NCBI GenBank assembly: GCA_963663225.1
Contig: OY760142.1
Coordinates: forward strand, 195,913 to 259,912
From: Nitrospirota bacterium
Lineage (GTDB): Bacteria; Nitrospirota; UBA9217
Direction of reading: 5' to 3'
DNA: 64,000 nucleotides
Shown here: piece after piece, positions 49,261 to 58,992 of the stretch
Numbering within the stretch: the first letter of the stretch is position 1
Layout: every line of letters begins with the position of its first letter
Made by a program: the position numbers and the translations under genes
The notes under the pieces: generated by a model
Seen by the model: the letters and a program-made list of their open reading frames with translations, nothing else
Databases searched by the model: none
Told to the model about the DNA's origin: nothing

Positions 49261-51030
49261 CTAATCCTTATAGATAGCGTTGAAATTGCACACCGTAAAG
49301 CATTTGCCGCACTTAACGCACTGTTCCTGGTTGACGGTATGAGGTTTCTTCCGTTCTCCCGTGATCGCCTTTGTGGGGCAATCGCGCGCGCAGAGAGTAC
49401 ACCCTGTGCACTTCTCCGGCTTAATGACGAACTTCACCAGTGCCGCGCAGGAATGCGCCGGACAAACATGGTCTCTGATATGCGCAAGATATTCATCCTT
49501 GAAGTATTTGAGCGTCGTGAGCACGGGGTTCGGCGCGGTGACTCCCAGGCCGCAGGAGGAAGACTTCCCGATATAATCAGCAAGTTCCTGAAGCTTCGCA
49601 ATGTCCTCTTCCTTGCCCTTCCCGGCAACAATGCGTTCGAGAATCTCCAGCATGCGGAGCGTTCCGATCCTGCAGGACGTGCATTTGCCGCAAGATTCGT
49701 TCTGGGTAAACTCAAGGAAGAACCGGGCCAGCTCAACCATGCAGGTATCTTCGTCCACGACGATCATGCCGCCGGAACCCATAATGGCGCCGAGCTTGGT
49801 TATTTCCTCGTAATCGATTTTCGTATTCGCGAGAGATGCCGGGATGCAGCCTCCGGAAGGGCCGCCCATCTGAACGCCCTTGAACTTTTTGCCGTTCCTG
49901 ATCCCGCCGCACACTTCATTCACAATTTCGTTAATGGTGATGCCCATCGGAACTTCAACAAGTCCGGCTTTGCTTGCCTTGCCGGCTATCGCAAACACCT
50001 TGGTGCCTTTGCTTTTCTCCGTCCCATACGCTGCATATTTTGCCGCACCGTTCAGAACAATCCACGGCACGTTGGCAAACGTCTCCACGTTGTTGATATT
50101 GGTGGGTTTGCCCCACAAACCTTTTGCCGCAGGATAGGGAGGCCGAACTTTCGGCGTGCCCCGTTTTCCCTCAATGGATGACATCAGGGCAGTCTCTTCA
50201 CCGCAGACAAAAGCACCGGCCCCTTCTTTCACCTTCAGCTTGAAGGAGAACTTGCTGCCGAAAATATTGCTGCCGAGCATGCCTTTCTTTTCGAGGATCG
50301 CAATGGACCGCTGAAGACGCCGCACTGCCATGGGATACTCTGCTCTGCAGTAGATATATCCCTCGGAAGCGCCGATGGCATATCCGCAGATCATCATGCC
50401 TTCGAGAACAGAGTGGGGATCGCCCTCCAACACGCTTCTGTCCATAAAAGCCCCGGGGTCGCCCTCGTCAGCATTGCAAATAACGTATTTTTTATCGTTC
50501 TTGGACTGGCTTGCGAATTTCCATTTCATTCCGGTGGAGAATCCTCCGCCGCCCCTTCCCCGCAGTCCCGACGCGATCATCATTTCAATAACCTGATCCG
50601 GTGTCATTTCCGTCAGGACCTTTTTAATTGCCTTGTATCCGTCCTTGCCAAAATACTCATCCAGGGAATCAGGATCAATGGTACCGCAATTGCGGAGAAC
50701 AATTTTCACCTGTTTCTTCAGGTAGTCATACTCCTGGCCTTCTTTCTTGTCCCGTATGATCACCCATTCCTCGACCGGTTTCTGGTCGGTAACGTGGCTA
50801 TCAAATATCTTTTTTGCCTTTTCCTCGGTGACGTCACCGTAAAGAAATGTCTGAGCCCCCGTACTTACTTCGACCAAAGGCTCCCGATAGCACATGCCGA
50901 CGCAGCCGGTTGCAGAGACCGCAACTGATGATTTAGGAGCATTCCCCGACAAATTCGTTAAAGCATCAAAAACCTTTTGCGCTCCTGCCGAGACGCCGCA
51001 GGTAGCCATTCCAACAGTAATATTTATCAC
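49261..51030 (-). CDS. NuoF/HndC/HydB-like NADH-binding FMN iron-sulfur subunit
   Basis: 589 aa ORF; N-terminal thioredoxin-like 2Fe-2S region; GLRGRGGGGFSTGMKW (NADH/FMN site); ESCGKCTSCR (4Fe-4S); C-terminal two ferredoxin motifs (CTGCTLCARDCP, CVKCGKCFTVC). Confidence 0.85.
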   Translation of the reverse strand: MINITVGMATCGVSAGAQKVFDALTNLSGNAPKSSVAVSATGCVGMCYREPLVEVSTGAQTFLYGDVTEEKAKKIFDSHVTDQKPVEEWVIIRDKKEGQEYDYLKKQVKIVLRNCGTIDPDSLDEYFGKDGYKAIKKVLTEMTPDQVIEMMIASGLRGRGGGGFSTGMKWKFASQSKNDKKYVICNADEGDPGAFMDRSVLEGDPHSVLEGMMICGYAIGASEGYIYCRAEYPMAVRRLQRSIAILEKKGMLGSNIFGSKFSFKLKVKEGAGAFVCGEETALMSSIEGKRGTPKVRPPYPAAKGLWGKPTNINNVETFANVPWIVLNGAAKYAAYGTEKSKGTKVFAIAGKASKAGLVEVPMGITINEIVNEVCGGIRNGKKFKGVQMGGPSGGCIPASLANTKIDYEEITKLGAIMGSGGMIVVDEDTCMVELARFFLEFTQNESCGKCTSCRIGTLRMLEILERIVAGKGKEEDIAKLQELADYIGKSSSCGLGVTAPNPVLTTLKYFKDEYLAHIRDHVCPAHSCAALVKFVIKPEKCTGCTLCARDCPTKAITGERKKPHTVNQEQCVKCGKCFTVCNFNAIYKD

Positions 51031-51043
51031 GGTTAACCTCGCC

Positions 51044-51601
51044 TCAATTCCGCGCTTTGCGCTGATATTCCTTCAACAGCTTCCGTACACTCTGGGCTGT
51101 CAGCTTTCCATGCACATCCTCGTTGATGAAAATAACCGGCCCGATACTGCAGCAACCGAGACATGCGACCGTCTCAACGGTAAACAAACCGTCATTTGAC
51201 GTATCAGAGGAGTCGTCCAGCTTGAGTTCTTCTTTAATAACATTAAGAAGCATGGTCGAATCGTTAACATGACAGGCCGTTCCATCACAAACCTTGAGAA
51301 GATTTTTTCCCGGCGGCTTCAGCCGGAACTGCTTATAAAATGTCACGACGCTGTAAATGTCGCTTTCAGCAGCGCCAGTCAACTGGCTGATTTCATGGAT
51401 AGATTCTTCAGGAACGTATCCGTTCTCCACCTGCACCTTCTGCAGAAGTGGAATAACGTCACTTTTGCTTGCCCCTTTTGCAGCAACTTCAGGGGGGAAA
51501 AACTTAAACGTCGCGTTCTTGAGCACCCTCTGCCTCCTTAAACTCTGCGATTTCGTACCCGAACGATCACGATAGTGCATTTCGTGACGTTGCAAACTCA
51601 T
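51044..51601 (-). CDS. NuoE/HndA/HydC-like thioredoxin-fold [2Fe-2S] subunit
   Basis: 185 aa ORF; cluster-binding cysteines in CDGTACHV and CLGCCSIGPV. Start may be later than the ORF-track start. Confidence 0.8.
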   Translation of the reverse strand: MSLQRHEMHYRDRSGTKSQSLRRQRVLKNATFKFFPPEVAAKGASKSDVIPLLQKVQVENGYVPEESIHEISQLTGAAESDIYSVVTFYKQFRLKPPGKNLLKVCDGTACHVNDSTMLLNVIKEELKLDDSSDTSNDGLFTVETVACLGCCSIGPVIFINEDVHGKLTAQSVRKLLKEYQRKARN

Positions 51602-51776
51602 TATTTTAACCTTTTTATACCCTTTTTACAAGAAAACTTTTCGGATAAGAGCAAACGGAAAATGCACCGATAAGAATTATATAATGAAAAACCCTGCTGC
51701 AGTGCTGTCTTCCTGGTAAAAACACTTATGCAATTTCCGCTGTTGCTTACAACAAGCAAAATGCAGAAAACAATTC

Positions 51777-51823
51777 AAAAAAAAGGAGCGCCCCCCGGCT
51801 AAATTCCGCAGGGGTAGCGCTCC
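51777..51823 (-). terminator. putative intrinsic terminator downstream of the malic enzyme gene
   Basis: Imperfect GC-rich hairpin (GGAGCGCCCC ... GGGGTAGCGCTCC). An A8 run on the plus strand gives a U-run after the hairpin on the minus strand, about 100 nt past the stop at 51922. Confidence 0.5.
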
Positions 51824-51921
51824 CGGTCTATAGTCGCTACTCACAACAGTGCATGTTTGTTAACCAGCTGTAAAGAACATATCCACGCAATCGCGAATAG
51901 ATCGGATGTGGCGCAGGTTCC

Positions 51922-53241
51922 TTAGAGCTGATGTTTGTAGGATTTCACGAACGCACTCATACGATCGCGAGCGTCGAATACGCGTTTGCGCAGGTCTTTT
52001 GCATACTGATCCAAGTCAAGTTTAACCGTGGCAACGCCTTCATCCATGGCTGCCTTGGCAACCGCAACCGGCTCGAGGTCGATCAGACGGGTATCAAGCG
52101 CCTTCGGGATGATGTAGTCCAGACCATAGGTCAGCGACTTCACATTATACGCATCACAAACTTCCTGCGGTACCGGCTTTTTGGCCAGGTCAGCGATAGC
52201 TTGCGCTGCAGCTTTCTTCATATTTTCGGTGATTGCAGTTGCGCCGCAGTCCAGAGCTCCGCGGAAGATATAGGGGAACCCGGAAACGTTGTTCACCTGG
52301 TTCGGGAAGTCAGAACGGCCCGTTCCCATGATCAGGTCCGGACGAGCTGCCTTTGCATCGGGATACGGAATTTCCGGATCAGGGTTCGCCATGGCGAACA
52401 TGATCGGATTTTTGGCCATGCTCTTAACCATTGCAGGAGATACAAGGTTCGCCTGCGAAAGGCCGAGGAACATGTCTGCGCCCTTGAATGCTTCTTCAAG
52501 CGATGAGAAAGCCTTTTTCTGGGCAAACAGCTTTTTGTACTCGTTGAGGTCGGTACGACCCGCATGAATATGGCCTTTGGTGTCGAACAGGGAGATGTTT
52601 TCCTGAGGAACACCGAGCAAAACATAGAATTTGCAGCAGGCAATACCGGCAGCACCGGCGCCCGAGCAGACCACTCTCATGTCAGAGGCTTTCTTGCCTG
52701 AAATATCGATGGCATTGATCAAGCCTGCACCGGAGATGATCGCCGTACCATGCTGGTCATCATGGAATACCGGTATTTTCATGATCTTTTTCAGTTTTTC
52801 TTCAATATAGAAGCAATCGGGTGCGCCGATGTCTTCGAGATTGATGCCGCCAAAAGTCGGCTCTAATGCCTTCACAATTTCAATGATTTTATCCGGATCC
52901 TTGACATCAAGATTGATATCATAGGAATCAATGTCCGAGAAAATCTTGAACAAGATTCCCTTGCCTTCCATGACCGGCTTTGCAGCTGCTGGGCCGAGGT
53001 TTCCAAGTCCCAGGATGGCGGTACCGTTGGTGACAATTGCCACCAGGTTGCCCTTACCTGTGTACTTGTAAACATCTGCGGGATTTGCCGCAATTGCGCG
53101 GCAAGCGTCAGCAACACCTGGCGAGTAGGCCGTTGCCAGATCCTTCTGGGTAAAGTAGGGCTTTGTCGGAATGACTGTGCATTTCCCCGGAGGAAACACA
53201 TTATGATACTTCAATGCTTCTTCTTTCGTTACCAGTGCCAT
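51922..53241 (-). CDS. malic enzyme (NAD(P)-dependent malate dehydrogenase, decarboxylating; short type without PTA domain)
   Basis: 439 aa ORF; AAGGAGG RBS; malic-enzyme N-terminus [13 protein letters not shown] and dinucleotide-binding [12 protein letters not shown]. Confidence 0.9.
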   Translation of the reverse strand: MALVTKEEALKYHNVFPPGKCTVIPTKPYFTQKDLATAYSPGVADACRAIAANPADVYKYTGKGNLVAIVTNGTAILGLGNLGPAAAKPVMEGKGILFKIFSDIDSYDINLDVKDPDKIIEIVKALEPTFGGINLEDIGAPDCFYIEEKLKKIMKIPVFHDDQHGTAIISGAGLINAIDISGKKASDMRVVCSGAGAAGIACCKFYVLLGVPQENISLFDTKGHIHAGRTDLNEYKKLFAQKKAFSSLEEAFKGADMFLGLSQANLVSPAMVKSMAKNPIMFAMANPDPEIPYPDAKAARPDLIMGTGRSDFPNQVNNVSGFPYIFRGALDCGATAITENMKKAAAQAIADLAKKPVPQEVCDAYNVKSLTYGLDYIIPKALDTRLIDLEPVAVAKAAMDEGVATVKLDLDQYAKDLRKRVFDARDRMSAFVKSYKHQL

Positions 53242-53364
53242 TTTACTACCTCCTTTTGTCTATAAAGTTATTTCCCGGCATTTTTACTTCAAATTCTATC
53301 ACGGCATATTGTTTTTAGGGATACAACTGGATCCTGCAACTGTACAAATACTCATGCTGCAAAA

Positions 53365-53380
53365 AGCAAGGAACATGCCA
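53365..53380 (-). promoter_or_regulatory. sigma-54 (-24/-12) promoter upstream of the malic enzyme gene
   Basis: Minus-strand reading TGGCATG-TTCC-TTGCT versus consensus TGGCACG-N4-TTGCW (11 of 12 positions, correct GG-N10-GC spacing), about 124 nt upstream of the ATG and adjacent to a sigma-54 activator gene. Confidence 0.5.
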
Positions 53381-53673
53381 ATTATTATAATGGTATATAG
53401 GACTTATTTTACAGAGGATTAGCTGTTTTTAGAATAACTTCACGCTTGTTTCTGAATATAACGAAACTCATGGATGTGATTCGAAAAAAACTATAATTTT
53501 ATTATTTACAGCAAGATATGAACTATAATAAAAATTATAGGCCATAACTTTTTATACTGATTATTTATTATATATTTTTTACCTGCCCCACAGGGATGTG
53601 TTTCACCTTTATAAAGCGGCCTATCATAGCACAAATCACTTTTTTAGCAATAAAAAAAGCAGAGAGCCTGACA

Positions 53674-55098
53674 TTATTCTTCGCTCGAAGTTTCCTGCTG
53701 CTGTTTAAGGCGCTTGCTCAGCGCTGGCTGCGATATGCCCAAAAATCGGCTTGCCACAGACTGATTCCCTCTCGCACGCTTCATGGCTTCCGCAATGAGA
53801 AGCCCCACGGTCTGCTGAATGGAAGGCAGAGTTTCCACACTTTCGAAGATATTCGCGGAATCAGCATGAAAACGCGAAGGGGTCCGGTCATGTGAAGCAC
53901 TTATCTTTTTAAATTGTTTGGTTGAAACAGTGCCCGAGGCGGACTGAGCAACGGCGTCGAACACCATCGAACGCAGTTCCCGGATATTGCCCGGGAAATT
54001 ATACTGTTCAAGAAGCGGGACCAGATCAAAGGCATAATTCAGCTTGTCCTTTCCGAGAGAACGGGCCGCTTCCTCCAGAAAATAATCGAGCAGCAGCGGG
54101 ATGTCTTCCTTTCGATCGCGAAGCGGAGGCAGGTGTATATGGTGCGTGTGCAAACGGAAAAAAAGGTCCTTTCGCAATTCTCCCCGCGCCTGTTTTTCAG
54201 TAAGGTTCTGGTTCGTGGAAGCGATAACGCGCGCATTCAACCGTTTCGGCCTGTCGCTGCCTAAGGGAAAGTAATCTCCCTCCTGAAGAAGACGCAGAAG
54301 CTTCACCTGCGATGCATTGTTCAGGTCGCCTATTTCGTCCAAAAAAAGAGTCCCCAGGGCCGCCTGTTCCACCATGCCGCTTCTCGGCTGGTCCGCGCCG
54401 GTAAAGGCGCCTTTTACGTGTCCAAACAAGGTATCGGTAAACATGGCATCATCAAGTCCTCCCACATTCACCGATACCAGCGAACCCTTGCAGCCGCTTA
54501 AGGTATGGACTGCATTGACGATGAGCCCTTTTCCCACGCCGCTTTCACCCGTAACCAGCAGCGGCTGGCTGCTTTTGGCTACCGCTTCCACGTATTGGAA
54601 AATCGTTTTCATCGTTTTATTCAGCGTAATGATGCCTTCAAACGCGTGGGGATCCCGGAGTGAATCCGACAGAAAACTCCTGGTCATCTCGCGGTTCTCC
54701 GAACGCATTTCTATGATTTTTATCGCATGCTGGATTGCGGTAATAATCCGGCATTCTTCGGCAGTCTTGACCATATAATCGAAAGCGCCGTGTTTCATGC
54801 AGGTGACCGCGGTCTCGAGCTGGCTTATGCCGCTGCAGACAATCACTATTATCTCGGGGAACTGTTCGTTTATCAGTTTCAGAAGTTCTTCTCCCGAGAG
54901 GTTGGGCATCGTGAGATCCAGCAGCACAATGCCGATCTCCTGCTGGGCCAGTATCTCTAAAACATCACGGCTGTCCTGGCAGGACATCACATTGGTGATG
55001 CCTGCATGCCTCTCAAGGGACATGCGCATGGATCGGATCCATGCCTGCTCATCATCCACGATCAGGATGCGAAATGACGGATACCCTGCTGCACTCAT
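53674..55098 (-). CDS. sigma-54-dependent response regulator (NtrC family: receiver + AAA+ sigma-54 activation domain + HTH)
   Basis: Start placed at ATG forming an ATGA overlap with the kinase stop; receiver ILIVDDE...LLDLTMP; Walker A GESGVGKG; GAFTGA motif; C-terminal HTH (RARGNQSVASRFLGISQPALSKRLK). Confidence 0.85.
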   Translation of the reverse strand: MSAAGYPSFRILIVDDEQAWIRSMRMSLERHAGITNVMSCQDSRDVLEILAQQEIGIVLLDLTMPNLSGEELLKLINEQFPEIIVIVCSGISQLETAVTCMKHGAFDYMVKTAEECRIITAIQHAIKIIEMRSENREMTRSFLSDSLRDPHAFEGIITLNKTMKTIFQYVEAVAKSSQPLLVTGESGVGKGLIVNAVHTLSGCKGSLVSVNVGGLDDAMFTDTLFGHVKGAFTGADQPRSGMVEQAALGTLFLDEIGDLNNASQVKLLRLLQEGDYFPLGSDRPKRLNARVIASTNQNLTEKQARGELRKDLFFRLHTHHIHLPPLRDRKEDIPLLLDYFLEEAARSLGKDKLNYAFDLVPLLEQYNFPGNIRELRSMVFDAVAQSASGTVSTKQFKKISASHDRTPSRFHADSANIFESVETLPSIQQTVGLLIAEAMKRARGNQSVASRFLGISQPALSKRLKQQQETSSEE

Positions 55099-56906
55099 GC
55101 CTGAACCTCCCATTCTGCCACAGGCAGTTTGATAATTACGGTTGCTCCCTCGCCGGGCTTGGAATTAAAACTGAGCGTTCCCCCATGCTCCTTCACAATT
55201 CCCGCGGAGATCGCAAGCCCGAGACCCGTTCCGCCGCTGTCCCTCTTGGTGGTAAAAAAGGGATCGGTCACGCGGTTCAGATGTTCCGGCGGAATGCCGA
55301 TTCCATCGTCGTGCACCCTGATGATAATCGTCCCGACTTCACGCTCATATGAGGTCATGACAAATATCCCTTTGTCGACAAACGGCAAGCCGGGAAACGA
55401 GCTCATAATATCTACCGAAGGCTGTGGCGTGCGCTCCGGCTTCTGCCGGTTGGCGCTCTCAACGGCCTGCGCCGCATTCAACACAAGGTTTACAATCACC
55501 TGTTCGAGCCGGTGCGGATTGCCCTTGATCAAAGGAAGCGGTTCCGTGCAATAAACAGCGCAGTGGATGGCCGAGCTTTTCAACGAGTGTTCCAGCAGCC
55601 GGACGGAAGTCCGCACCACATTGTTCACGTCGAACAGCTCCTTGGAATTGGAATCGTTTTTCCGCGAAAAGTGCTTGAGATCGTCGACAATGCGCTTGAT
55701 GCGCTTTACCGCAACCTGCATCTCGTCAAGAAGCTGGGGAAGTTCCTTGCGCATCCGTGAATACGGCAGACCACCCATTAAAAATTCCCCGTGTTCACGG
55801 TAATAAGCATCAAGAATCGGGTCGGCATCTTTGATGACCTCGCTGACCAGCGGCAAATTAAAAAGAAGCAGACCGTTCGGATTGTTGATTTCATGGGCCA
55901 CGCTCGAGACAAGAACACCCAGGGCAGCCATCTTATCGGCCTGGATCAACCGCTGGTGCTGAAGCCTCAGCTCTTCATCCATGCGTTTGCGTTCTTCCAC
56001 CTCGCGGTTCAGGGCAGCGGTCCTGGCGGCAACCCGCATCTTCAGCAGTCTGGACCAAATAATGGACGCAAGAAGGCCGAAAATAAGCGCGGAAACAATG
56101 TACATGTTGTATTTTTTCAGCCATTTCCAGGAAGCATACTCTGTATCCACATTTCCCAGCCATTTTTCCTGCAGTTCCTGATACCGGCCCGTCTCTTTGA
56201 GAAATGCCAGCCCTTCATTGAATTTTTCCAATGTAGCCAGGTTCCCTTTTCTGAAGGCAAAGCAGTACTTGCTGGTATCGATATTCTTGGCAACCAGTTC
56301 TACGTTTGTGATCTTTAAATCGGTAATCAGATATGTTGCCTGAAGCGTTTCCAGCACGGCATAGTCATGTTTAGCCGAGGCAAGCATCTTCACTGCCTCC
56401 GCAATGGACGAAACAGTGACTATCTGAATTTGGCTCCATGCCGCCCGGGAGTAATCGTGTTTTCCATCCAGGCTCACAAGAACGACTTTCTTTCCGCGGA
56501 GATCATCAAGGGATGAAACCGGAGATGCGTCTGTTCTGGCGAAGATGGAATGAGAAATTGCGGAATGCGGCGAAGAAAGGTCCAGGATATGCGCCCGTTC
56601 TTCCGAAAAGGGAAGGCCTTCGATAACATCAATACGGCCGGTTTCCACATCCCTGAATATCGTGGACCATGATTTTTCCAGCTTAAACGTGACTTCAACG
56701 TCCATGGTCTCGGCTATGGCTTTTGTCAACTCCACAATGAAACCGGCGGGCTTGCCATCTCTGTCAATGAACTCATACGGTGGATGGGCGCTGTTGCCGC
56801 CTACAACGATCATGTGTTTGGAGTTATCGGTGTTCTCCGCGGCCAGAGTCTGAGCATGGAGAGCTGGTAATAACAGCAGCAGACAGATGAAGGCTCTCAC
56901 CATCAT
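55095..56906 (-). CDS. sensor histidine kinase with N-terminal periplasmic solute-binding (SBP type 3-like) domain
   Basis: 603 aa ORF; signal peptide; periplasmic domain about 230 aa; one TM helix; HisKA H-box (LVSSVAHEINNP); HATPase motifs (HDDGIGIP, GGTGLGLAI). Confidence 0.8.
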   Translation of the reverse strand: MMVRAFICLLLLLPALHAQTLAAENTDNSKHMIVVGGNSAHPPYEFIDRDGKPAGFIVELTKAIAETMDVEVTFKLEKSWSTIFRDVETGRIDVIEGLPFSEERAHILDLSSPHSAISHSIFARTDASPVSSLDDLRGKKVVLVSLDGKHDYSRAAWSQIQIVTVSSIAEAVKMLASAKHDYAVLETLQATYLITDLKITNVELVAKNIDTSKYCFAFRKGNLATLEKFNEGLAFLKETGRYQELQEKWLGNVDTEYASWKWLKKYNMYIVSALIFGLLASIIWSRLLKMRVAARTAALNREVEERKRMDEELRLQHQRLIQADKMAALGVLVSSVAHEINNPNGLLLFNLPLVSEVIKDADPILDAYYREHGEFLMGGLPYSRMRKELPQLLDEMQVAVKRIKRIVDDLKHFSRKNDSNSKELFDVNNVVRTSVRLLEHSLKSSAIHCAVYCTEPLPLIKGNPHRLEQVIVNLVLNAAQAVESANRQKPERTPQPSVDIMSSFPGLPFVDKGIFVMTSYEREVGTIIIRVHDDGIGIPPEHLNRVTDPFFTTKRDSGGTGLGLAISAGIVKEHGGTLSFNSKPGEGATVIIKLPVAEWEVQA

Positions 56907-57394
56907 AGTGATTTAGCTTGCCTCTGGGATTGGTGGGGTTTTACGAATAACATAATTTGTGTAACTTACTGCATTATAAGGAGAAAGTCAAGCAACATAT
57001 GAGTTTTTGCCTGTTAAGAACAAAAAAACCGCTGCCTTCATCTTTGTATTGACAAACCCGGCCCGTTGAGAGCAAATTCTTCATACGATTTGACATAATA
57101 CAGGTGTGCAATTGTAAAAAAAGGGCTGCCGTAACCAGCAGGGTAACCATCCCTAAAGGGCTCCACGCTCGCCTCATCAAAGACGCCACACAACTGCGTT
57201 TCTCCTAAAAAAGCTATTCCATACATTGCATATTAGCCGTAGCATGACGACTATTCCGAATTTTGAATATTAGTCATTTAAATATGCTTTTAAATTCAGT
57301 CGGATACAGCAAATTCTTTCTTAAATTCATTGGCCATCATTTCAATTATATGCTATATTTCCCGAAGAACTAATATCTGGTTAGTCTAACTGAA

Positions 57395-58072
57395 ATGGCG
57401 AAAAACGATTTATACATATCCCCTTTTGAAGGCAAAACACCCGAAGAACGTTTTGTAGCCTATATTGATATTCTTGGCTTTGGTAAAGAAGTAAACGATA
57501 ACTTAGAAGCTGCCATAGACGTTTATGAAGATTTGATTGGTCATTGTCATTTATTAGGTCGCCTAGTAAATCTGTCAATCTATTCCGATTCAATTATTCT
57601 GCAATCTGCAAAATTGATTGACGTCGCATATGTAGCGACAATGGTTCAATTTATTGCTCTTACACGAAATTATCTGGTACGAGGAGGCATCGCGGTCGGG
57701 AAGCATCTTGAATCGAGGCAAAATGGAAATTTATTCGTGGTCAGCAAAGCATTAGTAAAAGCTGTAAAACAGGAGAAGCTAAATCAAACCCAAGAGACAC
57801 CGTGTATTACCCTTCATCATGAAATAAATCCAGTTCCGTCGGTCGTATTAAATGATCCTGCACGCATTGTTGTTGAATACAAGGGACAAAACATTGTTAA
57901 TCCTTTCAATCCCCACATGGAATCAAGCCAAAGAGATGGAATACATTCTCAACTAATTGAACTACGTGACAGATGTCCCGAGAAGGACCAACCGAAATAC
58001 ACTTGGTATATAGAATTGATGGATTTCATTCTAAGAACATATGGGGAAAGTGGACGACAGCGGCCAAATTAG
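57395..58072 (+). CDS. hypothetical protein with minimal nucleotide-cyclase-like palm domain (class III cyclase / GGDEF / Cas10-palm superfamily-like)
   Basis: 225 aa ORF in a low-GC stretch. FVAYIDILGFGK resembles the cyclase metal-binding motif FADIVGFT, with a second Asp about 40 residues later (SIYSDSIIL) and RGGIAVGKH resembling RIGIHTG. Assignment rests on motif resemblance only. Confidence 0.45.
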   Translation: MAKNDLYISPFEGKTPEERFVAYIDILGFGKEVNDNLEAAIDVYEDLIGHCHLLGRLVNLSIYSDSIILQSAKLIDVAYVATMVQFIALTRNYLVRGGIAVGKHLESRQNGNLFVVSKALVKAVKQEKLNQTQETPCITLHHEINPVPSVVLNDPARIVVEYKGQNIVNPFNPHMESSQRDGIHSQLIELRDRCPEKDQPKYTWYIELMDFILRTYGESGRQRPN

Positions 58073-58156
58073 ATATACCAACAACACCGGCGAGAGGGAC
58101 AGAGAATCACGCCCTCCTCATGGCGGCGTTAGCGGAATATTCTGGTAATCAATCGC

Positions 58157-58975
58157 ATGACTATACCATACATAAAACAATATGAAACCCAATTACATTC
58201 GCGACATTATATTCGAAATGCGACTGCTGCAAATTATTGGTATGATTTTTCTGCAAATCGTGTATCCACTTATGTTAATAATTACCATGACGATTTCTGC
58301 ATGGTTATCAATGGCTCAGAAACTGAGAACGACGCCTATGTCTTGCCATATAAAGTCTTTAAAGGTTTTTTTACTGAAGATTACCTTGATCACCGAAACC
58401 GTTGGAATGGTACCATCAAAGACAATATCATCAAACTCACATTGACAGCGAATAACAAGCCAAACAAATATCTATCCGTTGGTGCTTTTTATAATGCCTT
58501 TTCATTTCTCGTCTCAAACCTGCCCGATGAGAATGAAATTCATGTAGTAACGACAGATAGCTTAGAAATCAATCTTTCAAATCTGCAGAAACTGATTCAG
58601 GAGTTTAACGAGCATTACTCAAGTATTGCTCCGGAAAAGCGGATTACCGTATCGGAACGAATCGCGAGACCCAATGCAATCACAGATTATATTAAGAAAA
58701 TTCAAAAATTTACTTGCCAGATATGCAAGCTTCCCGGCTTTCAACAAAAAAACGGTTCCAAATATATCGAAGCCCATCACATCATAGAACTGCATGACTT
58801 AATTCCAGGATCATACTGCTCTGACAACATCATTACAGCCTGCCCAACTTGTCATAGGAAGCTACATTACGCATCTGTATTGTACCAGACTCAAAACGAG
58901 CAAATAGTATCTGTCATTATTAATGGCCAAGCTTATTCTTTTCAAAGAAATGTTATTTCTGAAAAAGTAAAGTAG
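58157..58975 (+). CDS. HNH-endonuclease-domain protein with N-terminal domain of unknown function
   Basis: 272 aa ORF; C-terminal HNH/zinc-finger motif CQICKLPGF...YIEAHHIIELHDL...CPTCHRKLHY; the N-terminal 190 aa have no motif I can assign. Confidence 0.6.
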   Translation: MTIPYIKQYETQLHSRHYIRNATAANYWYDFSANRVSTYVNNYHDDFCMVINGSETENDAYVLPYKVFKGFFTEDYLDHRNRWNGTIKDNIIKLTLTANNKPNKYLSVGAFYNAFSFLVSNLPDENEIHVVTTDSLEINLSNLQKLIQEFNEHYSSIAPEKRITVSERIARPNAITDYIKKIQKFTCQICKLPGFQQKNGSKYIEAHHIIELHDLIPGSYCSDNIITACPTCHRKLHYASVLYQTQNEQIVSVIINGQAYSFQRNVISEKVK

Positions 58976-58992
58976 GGCCTAACGTGTCGTTC

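Noticed and set aside
53674-56906. Two-component system as the PEP-CTERM-specific PrsK/PrsR pair
   Set aside because: The kinase has a periplasmic solute-binding domain and one TM helix rather than the polytopic PrsK architecture, and the system sits beside a sigma-54 promoter for malic enzyme, about 10 kb from the EPS operon start.
56974-57226. Two overlapping small minus-strand ORFs (71 and 62 aa) in the gap between the kinase and the low-GC islet
   Set aside because: No RBS, mutually overlapping frames and no recognisable motifs; treated as non-coding, though a degraded gene remnant cannot be excluded.
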